Shown here: one piece after another, positions 13,078 through 27,075 of the stretch
Layout of the letters: each line of letters starts with the position of its first letter
Position numbering within the stretch: the stretch's first letter is position 1
NCBI RefSeq assembly: GCF_006345805.1
Contig: NC_043013.1
Location: 12,772,001-12,836,000, forward strand
DNA length: 64,000 bases
Direction: 5' to 3'
From: Octopus sinensis
Lineage: Eukaryota
The notes under the pieces: model-generated
The model's database searches: none
What the model was told of the DNA's origin: nothing
The model's input: the letters and a program-made list of their open reading frames with translations, nothing else
Translations under genes and position numbers: made by a program

Positions 13078-13489
13078 TGTTGTATTTCGGAATGGTCATT
13101 TTGACAGTTTAGCCAATAAAAACACAGGCACTATATATTTTGTGTTACTTTGCTTCAGTGTTATTTATTTTTTACATTAAACTTAATCTTATTTCGGTTT
13201 ATATACGTTCGTGTAATTTGTTTTTGTTTTTGTTTATTCTTATTTTGTTCATGTATTTACATCCACTTATTATTATTATCATTACGTATGCTTGTATGTA
13301 TGTATAACAACAATACTACTACTACTAATAATAATAATAATGATAATAAAACATTTTAAAACATTAAAAAATTTTTTTTTAAATCTTTTAAATTTAAAAA
13401 AAAATTATATAGTTATTTATTTCTATTTGTTTATTTATCTGTGTATTTTATTTATTATGTTTTCGGCTTTGTTTATATTATAACCAGTT

Positions 13490-13825
13490 TATGGGGATCC
13501 TCTACTGTCATATGTTGTGGTGTGTGCTATTGTTCCATTCCAGTTTCCTATTCAGGCTAGGTTTATCTTCTATTATGTGTGTAGCTTCCGTAATTTGTCA
13601 GATTGTTGCATCTGTTCTATGCGTGGACAAGATTTTAACTTCTATGTTGTTGATTGATCCCCGCGTTCATTATCGGCATGTTGGTACAGAATCGATGAGC
13701 TTTTAGCTTCCTTAAGTTCTCTCCAATGTCCATTTACCCGCTCTACTATGCTTCGTGCCGTTTCCCCTACGTATGTCGTTGTCTTGTTACTGCTCATCCC
13801 TCTATACATCTTATACTATAGACTA
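13490..13825 (-). mobile_element. Penelope-like GIY-YIG fragment (copy B)
   Basis: Duplicate of 4735-5070. Confidence 0.75.
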
Positions 13826-14485
13826 CTATTATCTTAGCCTGAATATTTTAAGTTTTATAATTATTAATTTTTATCAATATTAAGTATTTACTATTATTCA
13901 TTTTCATTTTTATTAAATTTCATATTTTAACAGTTTTGTATACTTTCTTATATTATTATCTTTTAGGCGGCGAACTGGCAGAATCGTTAGCGTTCAAATT
14001 CTACCGAGTCGATTTTGCTTTTCATCGTGTTGAGGGTCGATAAATTAAGTACCAGTAAAAACACTGGAGTCGGTGTAACCGACTAGTCTCTTCCCCACAA
14101 ACTCGAGACCTTGTGCCTACAGTAGAAAGTATTATTATCATCACCTTATTTTACTACTATTACTATTTTTCTTAAATATAAATATTAACACACACACAAA
14201 TAACAAAGCATATTTCATCTACTTTGTTGGAGTATCTCAACCGATCAGCATGTAACTTCCTTTCGGCTTTCGAAACCGCAACTCCAAATCACCATGCAAT
14301 AACCTATCACTAGACCAAGGAAATTTTACCTCCGGTCAGAAGTGGACTCTCAAGAAAATAAACAGACTGACTCGGTAAGAGAATCAAACAACAGGAACGT
14401 TTCATGACCATTTCCCACAGGCAAGACAACCAGGCAGAATGTCAAACTTGGTCTCCAGAAAGAATAAGAATAAGAATTATAACGA

Positions 14486-14643
14486 GGGAAGGCTGATCTC
14501 CCTTTGCAGGCTGGCAAGGACACCGAGATGGTGTCAGCCCTTCTGGTGACGTCGATGATCGCCTGGGGCTAAATGCATCAGTAACACACCCACCACCCCG
14601 CCCTGTCCCTAGCCACATTGAGATGGCTGATCCCCCTTATGTT
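14486..14643 (-). mobile_element. 158-bp GC-rich structured insertion specific to copy B
   Basis: Replaces 'atc' of copy A (aacga-atc-aaaaattat); internal direct repeat ggctgatc(t/c)ccc at 14491 and 14625; shares motif with 32140-32245 and 39250-39325. Confidence 0.75.
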
Positions 14644-15797
14644 AAAAATTATATTTTTTCACAGAAAAGATTATAGATACACTGATTCCAAAGCAGTCCG
14701 TTACAGGCGAAAAACCCTCTACGCGACGTTAAAAAGAATCACATGCAAGATGAAAGAAACTCTAACAAAATCCCTTTTGCTTACTCTCTTCTTTCTGTAT
14801 TTGTTTCTCTCTTAACTCAGTATGACTGAACTTTTGGCGATCCACATCTTTTATATACTTCGCCCATCATTTTCTGATATTATTGAATTTTGTGAACATT
14901 TAAACTTTAAACATATTGATCCACATTTTTTACATTCTTGACCGATCATTTTTGATACTATTGAATTTTGCGAACATTTAATCATTTAAATATGTTTTCT
15001 ACTTCGCAAACAAAATAGGGCCTTGGGACCGAGGAGAGGAGGTAACGCTTAGAAAATGTCTTGAAGGATGGTGAACATAGCGACAGAAAATTTGCGACTG
15101 TTCAGCTACAGGACCAGTGTAAGAAGGGAAGAAAAGGGGTACTGACAGTTGGTCACGCGACAGCAGCAGGCAGAGGAGAAAGACTGCAGGGTGAGAGAAC
15201 GACAGAGAAAAATAGGGAAGGGATGAAGGGAAAGAAGAAAGGCTGGGAATACAAGAGAGAGAAGGAGTAAGTAGAAAGTCTATAATAAATAAATACACAC
15301 ACACACATATGTGTATATCTATATATATTAAGTATGTAAGTATGTTTTAAAATGTGTGGGCTAATTACGGAGTGCTCATAGAGAGCCTATGCGAAAAAAT
15401 ACAGAGTAGAGAAAATTTAAAACGCAAGTCTTAGGAAGTCAAACAGATTCCCGAACGCATAAAGGAAAAATTTCAATCGAAGTTGTTGAATCATATATAC
15501 TTATACACATCAACATAAATCATGCATGTATAGGCGTGAAAATGCCCCAAGGTTATAAAGAATGAAATCAAACATACATAGAAATATAGAAGAAATATAA
15601 AAATTTATATAAAAATACTTATCAAATTACATATAAATAAATTTACATATAACGAGTTATGCGTGATAAATATAGGAGGTGCAAAGTGGATGAGAGCTTG
15701 GTACATTCTGTAAGGATCAGATATCGAGATATGTAGGTATTTAGTGGGTCTTTCGATATGACAAAGAAAGTTTATCTGGAAATGTCTGTCTACTTAC

Positions 15798-15856
15798 AAA
15801 TCATCAAAAAATGTCGATGACAAAGACGGTTGAATTTGTGTTTCTGTTGTTTCAGG
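15798..15856 (-). CDS. Candidate 59-nt exon, copy B (PETTETQIQPSLSSTFFDD)
   Basis: Acceptor gtttttccctctttcctctag, donor gtaagtag, same phase as copy A. Confidence 0.55.
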
Positions 15857-16519
15857 CTAGAGGAAAGAGGGAAAAACAATGTTAATTGTTGAAAGAAACG
15901 TTTGGGTTAGTATTTCTAGGTATAGAAAACAAGTTTTAAGTAAAATATAAGTTTGAAGGAGGAGGTATATAAGTAATAGTAGTAAGCAAGAGGCAAAGAA
16001 TAACCACATCTAAAAGTCTAACAACTACACACGGATATAGACACAGAAAAATCCATTTACAGAAAAAAGATAAACAGTTTTATTTTCAATTTAGTTTTAG
16101 AGATTTCAACATAGTTAGCATCATTGAATTCAAATGAATGTCTGAAATCGTATTTACAACTATTTTATTTTTATGAAGTCCAGTATTTATGATTTCAGTT
16201 CAGATCCTTTTAATATCTTACTAATTTAGGCATAATTAAATAAAATCTTTAGGAAAATAATATCATCAGATGCAATATGAAACACAATTTATATATATAT
16301 ATCAATGAATTATAAAGTTCACATCCTGAAATCATCAAAAGACTCCCAAAAACCTAAAATTCAAAGAAGGAAAACAGTAAAAACATTAAATAGTTCTATA
16401 AGTTATAAAAAGTTTTTTTTAAATTATGATGAACATATAAATATCATTTAAAGTAAGTTTATTTAAGCGTGTACATATTAATTCTACATTTTCCCAATTG
16501 AAGAACGGACATATATTCT

Positions 16520-16592
16520 TGCGTGAGAAATGCTTAAAAAAATAAAACGATGCCAAATACGCTTTTAACAACTTCATCGCCACCAGAACGCA
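16520..16592 (+). mobile_element. Short mariner C-terminal fragment at the end of duplication copy B
   Basis: gcgtgagaaatgcttaaaaaaataa matches the reverse complement of ~7965-7990; reads DAKYAFNNFIATRTQ, similar to mariner DAENAFQEFVESRS. Confidence 0.6.
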
Positions 16593-16707
16593 GGTCATAT
16601 TGATCCCATGTAATCTCCTCCATGTTCCGAGGTTAACATTCAGTCTCTTCTATAAAGCCAAAAGTCCTGTGATCGGTGAAACACATACACGCACGCACGC
16701 GCACACA

Positions 16708-16767
<60 letters not shown>

Positions 16768-17119
16768 TACGTCCGTGTGCACATATGATTGTGTGTATTA
16801 TCTATGTATATATATGTATATATACATACATACATACATACATACATACATACATACATACCCATTGACTTGCCACTGGTGCTTATAGTGTCGAATACTT
16901 TCGGTATGCAAATTAGGGACTCTTACATAGAGTAACTGCTGCATTTGCTGAGCATATAAACAGTTAGGCTGCTTGCTTCCCTGGAGACTGTCAGAATAAT
17001 GTAGACGCCTCTGATGAGAACGCAACAAGGGTTGAAAATCAATTAAGGTTGTTCATTATTTTTTTTTCAATCTGTTGAGAAATACCTAAACTTTACCCTG
17101 TTTATAATTATACCATATG

Positions 17120-17207
<88 letters not shown>

Positions 17208-17667
17208 GGGGAAATTAGAAACTGGCTCTACTGGTTTGACTTATGATGCGATGATTCTTTCCATCTCTCATAATATGAAATATAGAAGCTGGTTTTTCTA
17301 ATATCAAAAATTGTCCCCAGTGATATTAAAATGAAAACCACTACACTGACTGTAATAATATAACAAAATGGAAGCCTGCAGTAAATATATAGAATTTAGT
17401 AGCTGGATCTACCAAAAAGAGATAAAATAGAGTTCTACCTACTGCAAATATAGTAGATGGCTCTATCAGTCTGAAGAAAAATAGCTTGGTCTACCAGTAT
17501 AAAAGATAGCAACCAGTCGTGTCAATGTGAGAATATATATGAAATTATTCATAAACAGAATATACAGCGTTCATTTTAAGCAAAACCTTTGATGAAATTC
17601 TCAAGAAATCATCCATCACAATTCAGAACAATTCAAGTATATTTTAAGATTTAAAAAAAAAGCTTAC

Positions 17668-17716
17668 TTGTTTGGGTTTCTGACCAGATACCTGAGCCAT
17701 TTCTTGACGTTCTGGT
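17668..17716 (-). CDS. Candidate 49-nt exon
   Basis: Acceptor ctattgattttgcag, donor gtaagc; all three frames open. The phase 2-to-0 frame (PERQEMAQVSGQKPKQ) joins exon C to exon B in frame. Confidence 0.55.
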
Positions 17717-18226
17717 CTGCAAAATCAATAGATTGTAAAATTCCAGGTCAGTAAAATGAATTGTCATGATGTGCATAAAGATGAATATTTAAGTCTTTAT
17801 CCTTTGACTATGAACGTCGAATAGAAAATCTGTGTTATTGCATGGAAAGAAATCGAGACAATGGAAAAGAAACTCAGCTTTAAGGAATAAAATGGCAGGT
17901 GAAAAGTTATGCACAGAAAGAATGATTCAGCTAGAGATGAAGGTTGAGAGATAAACAAAGATCAAAGGAAGCTAAGAAATTAAGAGAGAATTCAGAAAGA
18001 GGCAATTCCTCAAAGAGAAGCAAGTAGAAATATACCGAAAATGGCAGAAAAGGTGGAGAAATTAAACTTAACAGAAGCAATTGATAAACAATAAGAACGG
18101 CAGGAATTATACCTTAGAAATTATTCTATTCTCATACACACACACACACAAACACACACACACATACACACACACACAAACACACACATATACACACACA
18201 TACAAACACACAGACAGACACAGACA

Positions 18227-18322
<96 letters not shown>

Positions 18323-18502
18323 AAAAGAGGTGTTTCCATGCAGCAAAAATAAATGGGCAAATTTGTTGTACCTATATATATATAATTATTAAAAAAAAAG
18401 ACGGACTAAAAGGACAAGTAAAACAACATCGCGAGGACTTGACACATGCAAATTGTTAATAAGACACTCACAGAATGAAAGAAAGAAAGAAAGGAAGAGT
18501 GT

Positions 18503-18534
18503 TTTACGTTTCGGGCAAAGGTCTTTTTCAGAAA
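18503..18534 (-). ncRNA. Decayed hammerhead-like motif
   Basis: ttt-ctgaaaa-a-gacctttgccc-GAAA-cg-TA-aaa; core position 8 and stem II degenerate. A similar decayed motif is at ~24294-24326 (-). Confidence 0.3.
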
Positions 18535-18609
18535 TAGGAGATGGCGTAAAATTCAAGCGAAAAGGAAGACAGGGAAAATAAGGCTTGGATGTGGTGAATT
18601 TGTGCACTA

Positions 18610-19790
18610 GTTTCCCACACCCTTATGATATAAAAGCAATCCTCTTCTGGCTAGAAAAATAGCCAGAAGAGATCCCAGGACGCATCAACCACAGCTTCAT
18701 AATCCCAGCACTGAAATTTAACCTCCAGAACAACTACTTCATGTCCGATACAGTTTACTATCAAGAAAAATGTGGAATTGCAGTGGGTCCTCGTGCTGCC
18801 CCACTGATTGCGAATTTTGTAATCTAGAAATTAAAATATACCAATTATCACAGCAAAAATATGGTACCTCAAAGGAATTAGACATACGAGCCTTAAGGGA
18901 AGTTAACCGAAATACTACACCAAATCTAAATGTACTCCTATACATCTCCACATATAACTCCAGAAACAATGAGGCATTCAACATCATCATCCAGAATTTA
19001 CCCATTCGCACTGGGGATAAACAATGAACGAAATTTTGGACTCACACAAAATTATCAAAATTTAACCGCAAGATTATATCCCTTAACAACGGAACCAAAA
19101 GTGGAAAATGGGGGTGGCCTAAATGGGGTACATGCTTCCACCTTTTGGAGGGTACAGAATTTCACTTCAAACAAGGTGAAATATTTAAGATAAAGTCACA
19201 TTTCACTTTGCCTCTGAAAACCAAATCTATGTCATTACTTGCTTAGGTTGCCAAAACCACTATATAGGACAAACACGAAGAACAACGCTTCAAAAACAAC
19301 AAATCAGTTTCCCAAAGTATAGACAGATACATGTTAGTGAGCACATAGATAGATATGATAGGAATCTTAAACCAAACTTCCTAATTTTCCCTTTTTATCA
19401 ATGCTCCCAGAACACCTCAGTGCAGTAAAGACTAAATAAAGAGGCAACTTTCAGTAATAAATATCAACCACAACTTAACATGAACACACAACTTAATACA
19501 GGACACTACTAACCTTACTAATACAAGTAATCCCACTAATCTTCAAACATCTCATATACCATTCATACTCTATTAATCATATTAATCTAATTGCATCACT
19601 TTCAGAACTGCTTACCTCCCTTTCATACAGATACAGATACAGGTACTATTAGACCCAACAGCGTTTGGAAATTGGTGTTGATTCAAAGTTAGTGAACAGC
19701 GATGTCGAAACCGGTATGACTTTCTATAATGACTCATGGTAAGGACTTTTATACTTCTTAATTTCCCCTCAAATCATTTAATTGTATATA
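18610..19790 (+). mobile_element. Decayed Penelope-like element (RT remnant, GIY-YIG, 3' region)
   Basis: Remnants KAILFWLEK, QNNYF, GIAVGPRAAPLIANF, and IYVITCLGCQNHYIGQT; same architecture as the 36-39 kb element. Confidence 0.8.
19685..19723 (+). ncRNA. Hammerhead ribozyme motif, G3-C8 core variant (stem II damaged)
   Basis: 7-bp stem I aaagtta/tgacttt, core GTGAACA, GAAA, palindromic accggt stem III, GUA triplet. Confidence 0.55.
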
Positions 19791-19865
19791 TATATCTTTG
19801 TTCTAAGAAAAAGAACCATTACTTTTATGCCTAGTGTGCATTTTCTTTGTTTCTTTTTCCTTTTT

Positions 19866-19983
<118 letters not shown>

Positions 19984-20439
19984 GTTATTATTATTTACCT
20001 GCTCTTCTCCCACTGTTCTATCCTATTACTCTGTTATTCTCTCCTTCCCTCTTCCTTGCTCACGTGGCTCCCGCGTGACCATCGGACATCTTTCTTATTT
20101 TCTCTCCGTTGCAGCTGGAACAAGGAAGACGTGTTCTTGCTTGTGTCATGTCCTAGCTTAATTTACGCGTTCGTCACCACAACCTCGTTTAGGCTTAACA
20201 GCCCTTCCTGTTTCTTTTCACTGTCCTGGCTGTGTTACCTATTTTGATCCTCCGCAAAATCTCAAATTCTATTTAATTTGCTTTGCGGGAGCAACTGTTT
20301 TATCGAATGCGTATATTGTTGTTTATCATTTGTAGCGTACAGTTTTAGATCAACCTAATACAAGAGTTGGTTGATTGTTTTCCGTAAAAGTTGTATCTAT
20401 ATCTAGTTCTATTTAGCACGTCAGATAAAGGTGTCAGTG

Positions 20440-21830
20440 CCAAGAAGAAAGAGTGGAAAGATCGTGTCTCCCTGGAATATTACTGTTCTAACGGGGACGG
20501 CTCTCTTTCGATTATTGTCGTTACTTTGGTCATAGAATATTATCAAAAGCTTTTCGATAATCGATCCCAGTCATACTTGGACCATTCTTCTCTTGTCGGC
20601 TGCCTTCAGTTATGGCTTTATTGACAGGTAGCTGATGCTTTTGCAGCACCCCTTCTTCTGTTTCAGAAACAGGTTGCTATCTTCCAGATGTTTGCCCATT
20701 CTCTGCAGTAAAGGTTTTGTAAATTGTAGCGAGACAAGTTATCGGTTTGTAATTTTGTGGGTTTCCCGTTTCAGTGGACTTGGTAATCAGGAAATGTTTC
20801 CCTTCCATGGGCCCTTCAAATATTGTCTCCGGTTATTTTAGTATTTCATCAAATTTTCCGGGCATCGTTTTCTGTATTCCTGTTTGATATTTCAACCAGA
20901 AATTGGAGACCTTGTAGTGCACGGTTGCCGACCTCTTCAGTTGTTATAGGAGTCCAGAGTTGTAGAGGAGCTGTTTTTGTTACTTTGAAAGACCTTTTCC
21001 TAGGTTGTTCCCTCACCGACCATATTTCTTTCCATTGATTTCTATTTTATTTTTGCCAAGTTCTAGGTAGAATCTTTTGAAATTGGAATAGAACTGTTTG
21101 TTTTGTTCAAAGAAACGTTGGCGTATCTCATACTGGCGGATTTTTGTACTTTGGCGAGGATATCTTGCTTTAGCTGTTCTTTTATCCCAGGTATACTTTG
21201 TTCTAGAATTTTCTATTTCCATAGTATTTTACTTCTGTTCTTGTTGCTTAGTAGTGTTGATTGTCTACTAATTTCCTTAAGGACTGACAGATCCTTTCTT
21301 TTATTTTATATCTTTTCTAGATATTCTTTATCCACAGGGTTTTTTTTAGGTGGTAATTCTCCTGTTTGGATGGGTTTGAGAGGGTATCCAGCTTTGATAT
21401 ATTATAGCATTTAACCTGATCATACTGACGTTTGTTTCTGTGGGTATTAGTTCCGTGACGGCCAGTTTCCTATTATTTATTATCAATGTGGCTTTAATAT
21501 CAATCTTAATTTTGGGGAGCTACAGTCAGTTATCCATACTGAGATCTGAGCCTTTCAATTCTTTGATTATATTCATTTTTAGTGTATCATAATCATTAGT
21601 TTCACCTTCACTCTTTTAAGGTTTTAGATTTGTTTCGCTTTCCTTCCTGTTCATATTTTTTGTCTGTGGTGTTCTGATTTCGTGCATATAGCTCATCATT
21701 ATACATTCATATGGCCTGGGTTTGTTGCCTTTCGTTGTTTTCTTCCTTTTCGTTACGTTTGACTTCGTATCTTACACTCCCAGTGCTTATGATATTATTT
21801 GGCATTGCTGTGTGGTCAGTATCTACGATT
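20440..21830 (-). mobile_element. Decayed R4/Dong-like LINE (N-terminal region to RT)
   Basis: RQRFFEQNKQFYSNFKRFYLELGK; ETGNPQNYKPITCLATIYKTFT; IDYRKAFDNI. Confidence 0.85.
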
Positions 21831-22268
21831 TCCTAATGTACACTGAATCGCAAAAGAAACGCAATCTTTTTCAAATGTCATTTTATATGCTACATATATT
21901 TCAGTGATGTAAGAGTAAATATTCCAAAACATACTGATTTATGGCTGAGACCCAAATTACAGGCAATCTTTAAACTTTCCTGAAACGGGACGCCAAAATG
22001 CAGCTGCGTTGAATGTCGTGGTAGCAGTCGCAAACAATTGAAAAGAAAACCGAAATGCACGTGCATCTCGTGGAGGTTATGGCTATAAAAATGAACTTGA
22101 ACCGCATTCTTGGCATTCTAAATTTCTTCGCCTTTGGAGTAGTTCATTTCGTACGTGAGTGTGGCATTATTGGATTATTATTGTTGGAACTCTTTCGTGC
22201 TTTTTTCTTGTTAACGCTACATTTGTTTATGTTCTGCGTTTCGCAGGCTTTTTTCAACATTATTCCTA

Positions 22269-22900
22269 TCTATTATATCAACGTCAATGTCTTTATGTGT
22301 GTTCGCGTATTACTTATATATTCAAAAACTGCTGCACCGATCATAATGAAATTTGGAACACAAAATCCAAGTCTAGGGAGAAGAGTAATGCTGTGTGTTT
22401 CATACAATTTCATGGACAAAAATTACTGAATGGATCCTTATGATATTTGAAACTTAGATTCAATGCATATGGGCGGGTATAATGCAATATGTGGTTTGAA
22501 TTTCAGATGGCTTAAAGGGGGAAGAACCCCCATGAAAATTCATAAATTTTCGATGTTGATGAAATTTCAACCATGAGTAATTGACACACATCAAGAAGCA
22601 TTCTCAAAGATTCCACTTCAAATGAGGATTCTAAGACACCATAATGAGGGCCTTAACTCCCAAATTTTAGTCATTTCTTTTAGGATCCAAAATTAGGTCA
22701 AAAGTACTGAATGGATCTTTACGAAATTTGGGAATTATATTCTATGCATAAGGGCTATAACCCCCATGACAATTCATATATTTTTGCTGCTGATGAAATT
22801 TTAACCACAGATATTAGATACAAATGAAGTAATATTTATAAAATTTCATCTTCTTGCAAGTTAGAAAGACCCATTAATGGGGACATAATACCCACAATTT
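22269..22900 (+). mobile_element. Possible non-autonomous Helitron-like element with internal subrepeats
   Basis: Starts tctattatatc..., then aaactgctgcaccgatcataatgaaatttgg, resembling common Helitron 5' ends; two copies each of tactgaatggatc and aacccccatga; 3' end not identified. Confidence 0.4.
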
Positions 22901-25408
22901 AGTCATTTATCTAAGCAAAGACGAATACAGTTGTACTCTTGGAAGCTGTAGGGTCACCCGAGCATAGAAGATGAACAGTATTTGTAATTCAATGGTACAA
23001 CAGTGTATGAGTTTGCTTTAGCATACACTTAGATTGTGATTTCTGCAATGTGGTGCATAAATTGTCAAGAAAATGGGAAGCATCTTTGCTTCCGCTGATT
23101 CAGTTGCAAAGTGTTGAGTAAAGTTATTTGATTGCAGACCTCCTTTCAGTCTTTTTATTATCACTGAGTCACACATAGTCCCCAGATAGTAACATTGATT
23201 TCAAGGCATTCCCAGATGAGTGACTGGTTATTCAAAGATATTTATAGATTGTAAATTTATTCTGTCCAGTTACGTACCAGTATAGTGGTCATTTGCAAAC
23301 TCCAACTTTCATTTCTCCTTAGCCCTCACGTCACACAGTTGTTAATGTTTATTTCAGTTGGGTCACACCCTTCAAATTACTATAGATTCGTAATGCATCT
23401 TACGGCTGTAATACTACATTGGAATATTACATTGGGAGTGGTAACGACTGGGGTAGGGTAGCTGACTGCTTATTGTGATGATTCGTATTTTGGTTTCCTG
23501 TAGCTTTGCTCTATTTTACAAACCCAGTGAACATATATTTCCTATTTCAAAGAAATTCAAGCAATAGATATAAGACCCAAGTTAAAAAGATTCTCAACAA
23601 TTCAACTTCTCTGCTTGACATTAAGACACCCCCCACCAATAGGGGCCTTAACTCTCACATTTTAGAGCGCTCCATGACCTCCATTTTTCAGGAGCAAAAT
23701 CCATTTAACAGGTTCTATAAGACTAGAATTTTGGAATATGCGCATATAAATCAGTAGTATGGGATACATGTGGTACGATTATAATTTTTTTAGGTTGTGT
23801 AAAGAGGGAAATAACCCTCATCTGCAATTTTGATGAAATTCGAAACATTACAGAAAATATAACAGAAAAGTCTAATTCTTCAATTGCATGTAACACGGGC
23901 AACGTGTATATACACACAAAGATAAATTGATAGATACAACTGAGTGGGCAAACAAAAATATGAGACAGCCTAGTGCTTTTTTTTATGTTGATAAGCCTGG
24001 TACTTATTCTATTAGTTTCTTCTTGGGAAACCAGTAAGTTATGGGGATGTAAATAAACGGACAGCAGTTGTGAAGCAGTGATGAGGGCGAAACACAGAAA
24101 CAAAGTCACACACATACACTTACATATGTACATACATATATAAACGATTGATTTCTGTAAGTTTCTGTCTACGAAATCCATATATATATATATAGGGAGA
24201 GTTTACAAAAAACAAAACAAAACAAAGGACGAAGACAGGTGGTGTACAAACAAACAGATGTATTAGCATAACTCTCAGGAATAGAAAAAGTCTTTTACGT
24301 TTCGAGCCTACATTCTTCTCCAGAAAGGGATACAGAAAAAACAAGGAGAGAAAAATGTGTGTAGTGGCTAACGATCTATCATATATGAATTTTTTGCGTA
24401 ATAAGATAAAAAACCAAGGCTGCATAGATATTAGAGCATTTATAGATAGAAGGTCTTACAGCTGTTTCTAGGATATTAATTAATAATACCCTTCGGATAG
24501 CATAAATACCACGCTTAAAAACAGAATAAGATCTGGGATCGATTCATTCGACTAAAAATTTCTCAAGTCGGTGCCCCAGTAAGGCCACAGTCTTATGACT
24601 GAAATAAGTCAAAGGCAGAAGATAAAAAATATATCATATCAAGATTTCTCAAAAAATGCATTTTGAAATTCCATTTATTATGGTGGCCATTAAATGTGCA
24701 TTAAATGTGCATTCAAATGGAAAAGATGTTGCAATTATTATATAGCATAACAGATTGTAGAGTGATTTTAACTGTTTTATGGAAAGACCTAAGTTTTTTC
24801 ACTTACATGGAGGTACTACATTGTGTGTATATTTATGAAAATTAGGCTTCATATGAATTTATTAAGAATTGGTAGATTTTATAACAGAAATGTAGGCATT
24901 CTTGCATCGTTCTGTCACAATAAAACACGTCAAATATCATTGAAATGACGTAATATTAAATAGCATTGTAGATAGAAATTCACTGCCAATTAATAAAATC
25001 CGTATGTTTTATATTAATTCTTTCACTTGGTGTAGAGACTTCGTAAAACATTAATCTTATTTTGGTTATTAATGTTCTAAATTTTTCTAAGGTGACTAAG
25101 TTACCTGAACTTACAGACTGTTGTACTAAATACTTGCCAGATATCATTTCTTAACTGTCGATTCTCTTTCATTTTTCCATCATGGAAAAATACTCAATAA
25201 CATCGCTTTCCCTTTATATAAATACCAGTAATATGGTGGGGTAAATATAGTTTATTCTTTCTTTTATTATTGTTGAAACTGTTTAAATACTAAAGGATAA
25301 AAGCAATACTTAAAATTCTCTAAGGATCAGATATGAAGAGATTTAGAGGTTTAGTGGTGTCTTTAAATATGATGAGTAAATGTAATATGGAAATGTTTGT
25401 CTACTTAC

Positions 25409-25461
25409 CCATTGGCAGAAGATGCCATTGCTACCAGCCTTCGTCCTCCACCTCTTCCAAT
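25409..25461 (-). CDS. Candidate 53-nt exon, copy C (IGRGGGRRLVAMASSANG)
   Basis: Acceptor gtttgtattattctctag, donor GG/gtaagtag; 6 nt shorter than A/B, so phase 0-to-2 is preserved. Confidence 0.55.
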
Positions 25462-25945
25462 CTAGAGAATAATACAAACATGGTTAATTGCAGAAAAAGT
25501 TTTGGAGTTAGAATGTTTAGCTGTTAGTAACAAGGTTTAAACAATATGCTTATATGAAGGAGGAGCTATATAAGTAACTGTGGTGTGCAAAAGACAAAGA
25601 ATAACCACATCTAAAAATCCAACTACACACAGATATAGACTCAGAAAATATAATGGGAAAAGATATTTTTATTTTCAGTTTAGTTGTAGAAATCTGAACA
25701 TAGCTATCATTGCTTTCAAATAAAGATATGAAATAGTGTTTATAATTAGTTTACTTTTATAAGGTTCAGTTTTCATGATATCAGTGAAAATCCCTTAACA
25801 TCTTATTTTAGGCATAATTTAGAAATGTTTAGGAAAATAAAATCATCAAATGTAATATGAAACACAGTTTATATAAGTATAGATGGATTATTATTTACAT
25901 TATTTACATTAGTCGGATATGTGTCCTCGTATTGTTTGTTGTTGC

Positions 25946-25987
25946 CACAACGTTTCGGCTTATTTACTCTCCAGCCTTCATCAGGTG
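25946..25987 (-). ncRNA. Minimal type I hammerhead ribozyme, canonical C3-G8
   Basis: cac-CTGATGA-a-ggct/agcc-GAAA-cg-TT-gtg; stem I cac/gtg; palindromic aacgtt stem III. Confidence 0.65.
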
Positions 25988-26067
25988 TTCTAGTGGAATT
26001 TTAGACCCAACCCTAAGTTCTCATTCTTAAGGTATTTGTTGGTGATGTTACTAAAATTCCACCAGGA

Positions 26068-26109
26068 CACCTGATGAAGGCTGAGGAATAAATCAGCCGA
26101 AACGTTTTG
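26068..26109 (+). ncRNA. Hammerhead motif in opposite arm (stem I damaged)
   Basis: cac-CTGATGA-a-ggctg/cagcc-GAAA-cg-TT-ttg. Confidence 0.5.
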
Positions 26110-26249
26110 ATAACAACAAACAAGCTGAGGACATAACCGTCTAATGTAAATAATGTAAATAATGTACAGAATTCTTCGTCTCTGAAAGAGAGAACAGTAT
26201 AAATGGATTATAAAGATCACATCCGGAAATCATCAAAAAGCTCCAAACA

Positions 26250-27075
26250 GGCAAAGTAGAAGTGATAGTTATTGATAGAAAACAGCATGGAGATGGCTGA
26301 ATATGATATAGAAGAGTAAGAGAGAAGACGCTTTGCAGATTGTGAAATAATACAAGGAAAGAAGAAAACAGGAGCAACAACTGTTGAAAAGAGTTACATG
26401 GTAAGCATTTCAGACGAAGGCAGGATGTTGCAGCAGATAAATCGTGATTATGGTTGAATAATGGAGAGCTCAAAGAACAAATAGAAGGCCTCATTGTGGT
26501 TGCTCAAATCCAGTCTTTACAAACGAATGTCATTAAAGCAAGAATAGACAGAACCATGGAAAGTGGTTAGTACAGAATGTGTAACGAAAATGGCGAGTCA
26601 ATTCTGCAGATAATAAGTACTGGAGTTCCTTTTTCACAGAAAGAGTATAAATGCAGGCACGATTACTTCAAAGAGGCTTTGGGTTAAGGGGAGAATCATC
26701 GTACCAACAACGACCAGAGTGTGATAGAGAATGAATAGTTTAAGGTATTATAGGAAAAGCTGATCCTGAAATTCAAGCAAGACGAACAGATATTATCGTG
26801 CTAGATAAGGTTTCCAAAGAGTGTGTCATCCCAGGTGTGGTTGTGTCTGAATGTACCAGTTGAAAAAAGAAAAAAAAACGGAAGAGCAAAAAGAAAATGC
26901 CAAGATTTTCAATAATTCTGGAGGGTTTCTTCATAAGTTATCCCAGTAGTTATAGGCGCCCGAGGTACTGATACCAATAAACTTGGTAGTTTCTTAAATA
27001 ATACGAAAATTGGATTAATACAGAAATCTATTATATTAGAAAGTGCAACGATTGCTCAAAAGGTCCTCAATACTA
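26250..27075 (+). mobile_element. R4/Dong-like 3' fragment (zinc knuckle region + REL endonuclease)
   Basis: LHGKHFRR, WLNNGELKEQIEGLIVVAQIQSLQTNVIKARID, KEYKCRHD, IPVVIGARG. Confidence 0.85.

Larger units (their letters stand above)
8794..16502. repeat. Tandem segmental duplication, copy B
   Basis: Direct repeat of 1-7615 with the same SINEs, LINE remnants and microsatellites in the same order. Confidence 0.97.
25890..26163. mobile_element. Fold-back element with a hammerhead in each arm (Penelope-derived)
   Basis: Inverted arms attatttacattatttacattag...gtcctc...cctgatgaaggctg; interrupts paralog C. Confidence 0.8.
25321..26245. repeat. Older third paralog (copy C) of ~6821-7465 / ~15711-16345
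   Basis: Shared anchors taaggatcagatat, gtctacttac, gaaggagga, ataaccacatctaaaa, atagac(a/t)cagaaaa, aaatcatcaaaa; 70/88 identity by hand over the intron next to the exon. Confidence 0.85.

Noticed and set aside
17005-17050. ctctgatgagaac...gttgaaaatc hammerhead-like string
   Set aside because: Stem II is only 3 bp, and stems I and III do not pair convincingly.
19600-19625. Strong minus-strand donor GAG|gtaagc
   Set aside because: It falls in the antisense strand of the decayed Penelope 3' region, with no matching acceptor or open frame.
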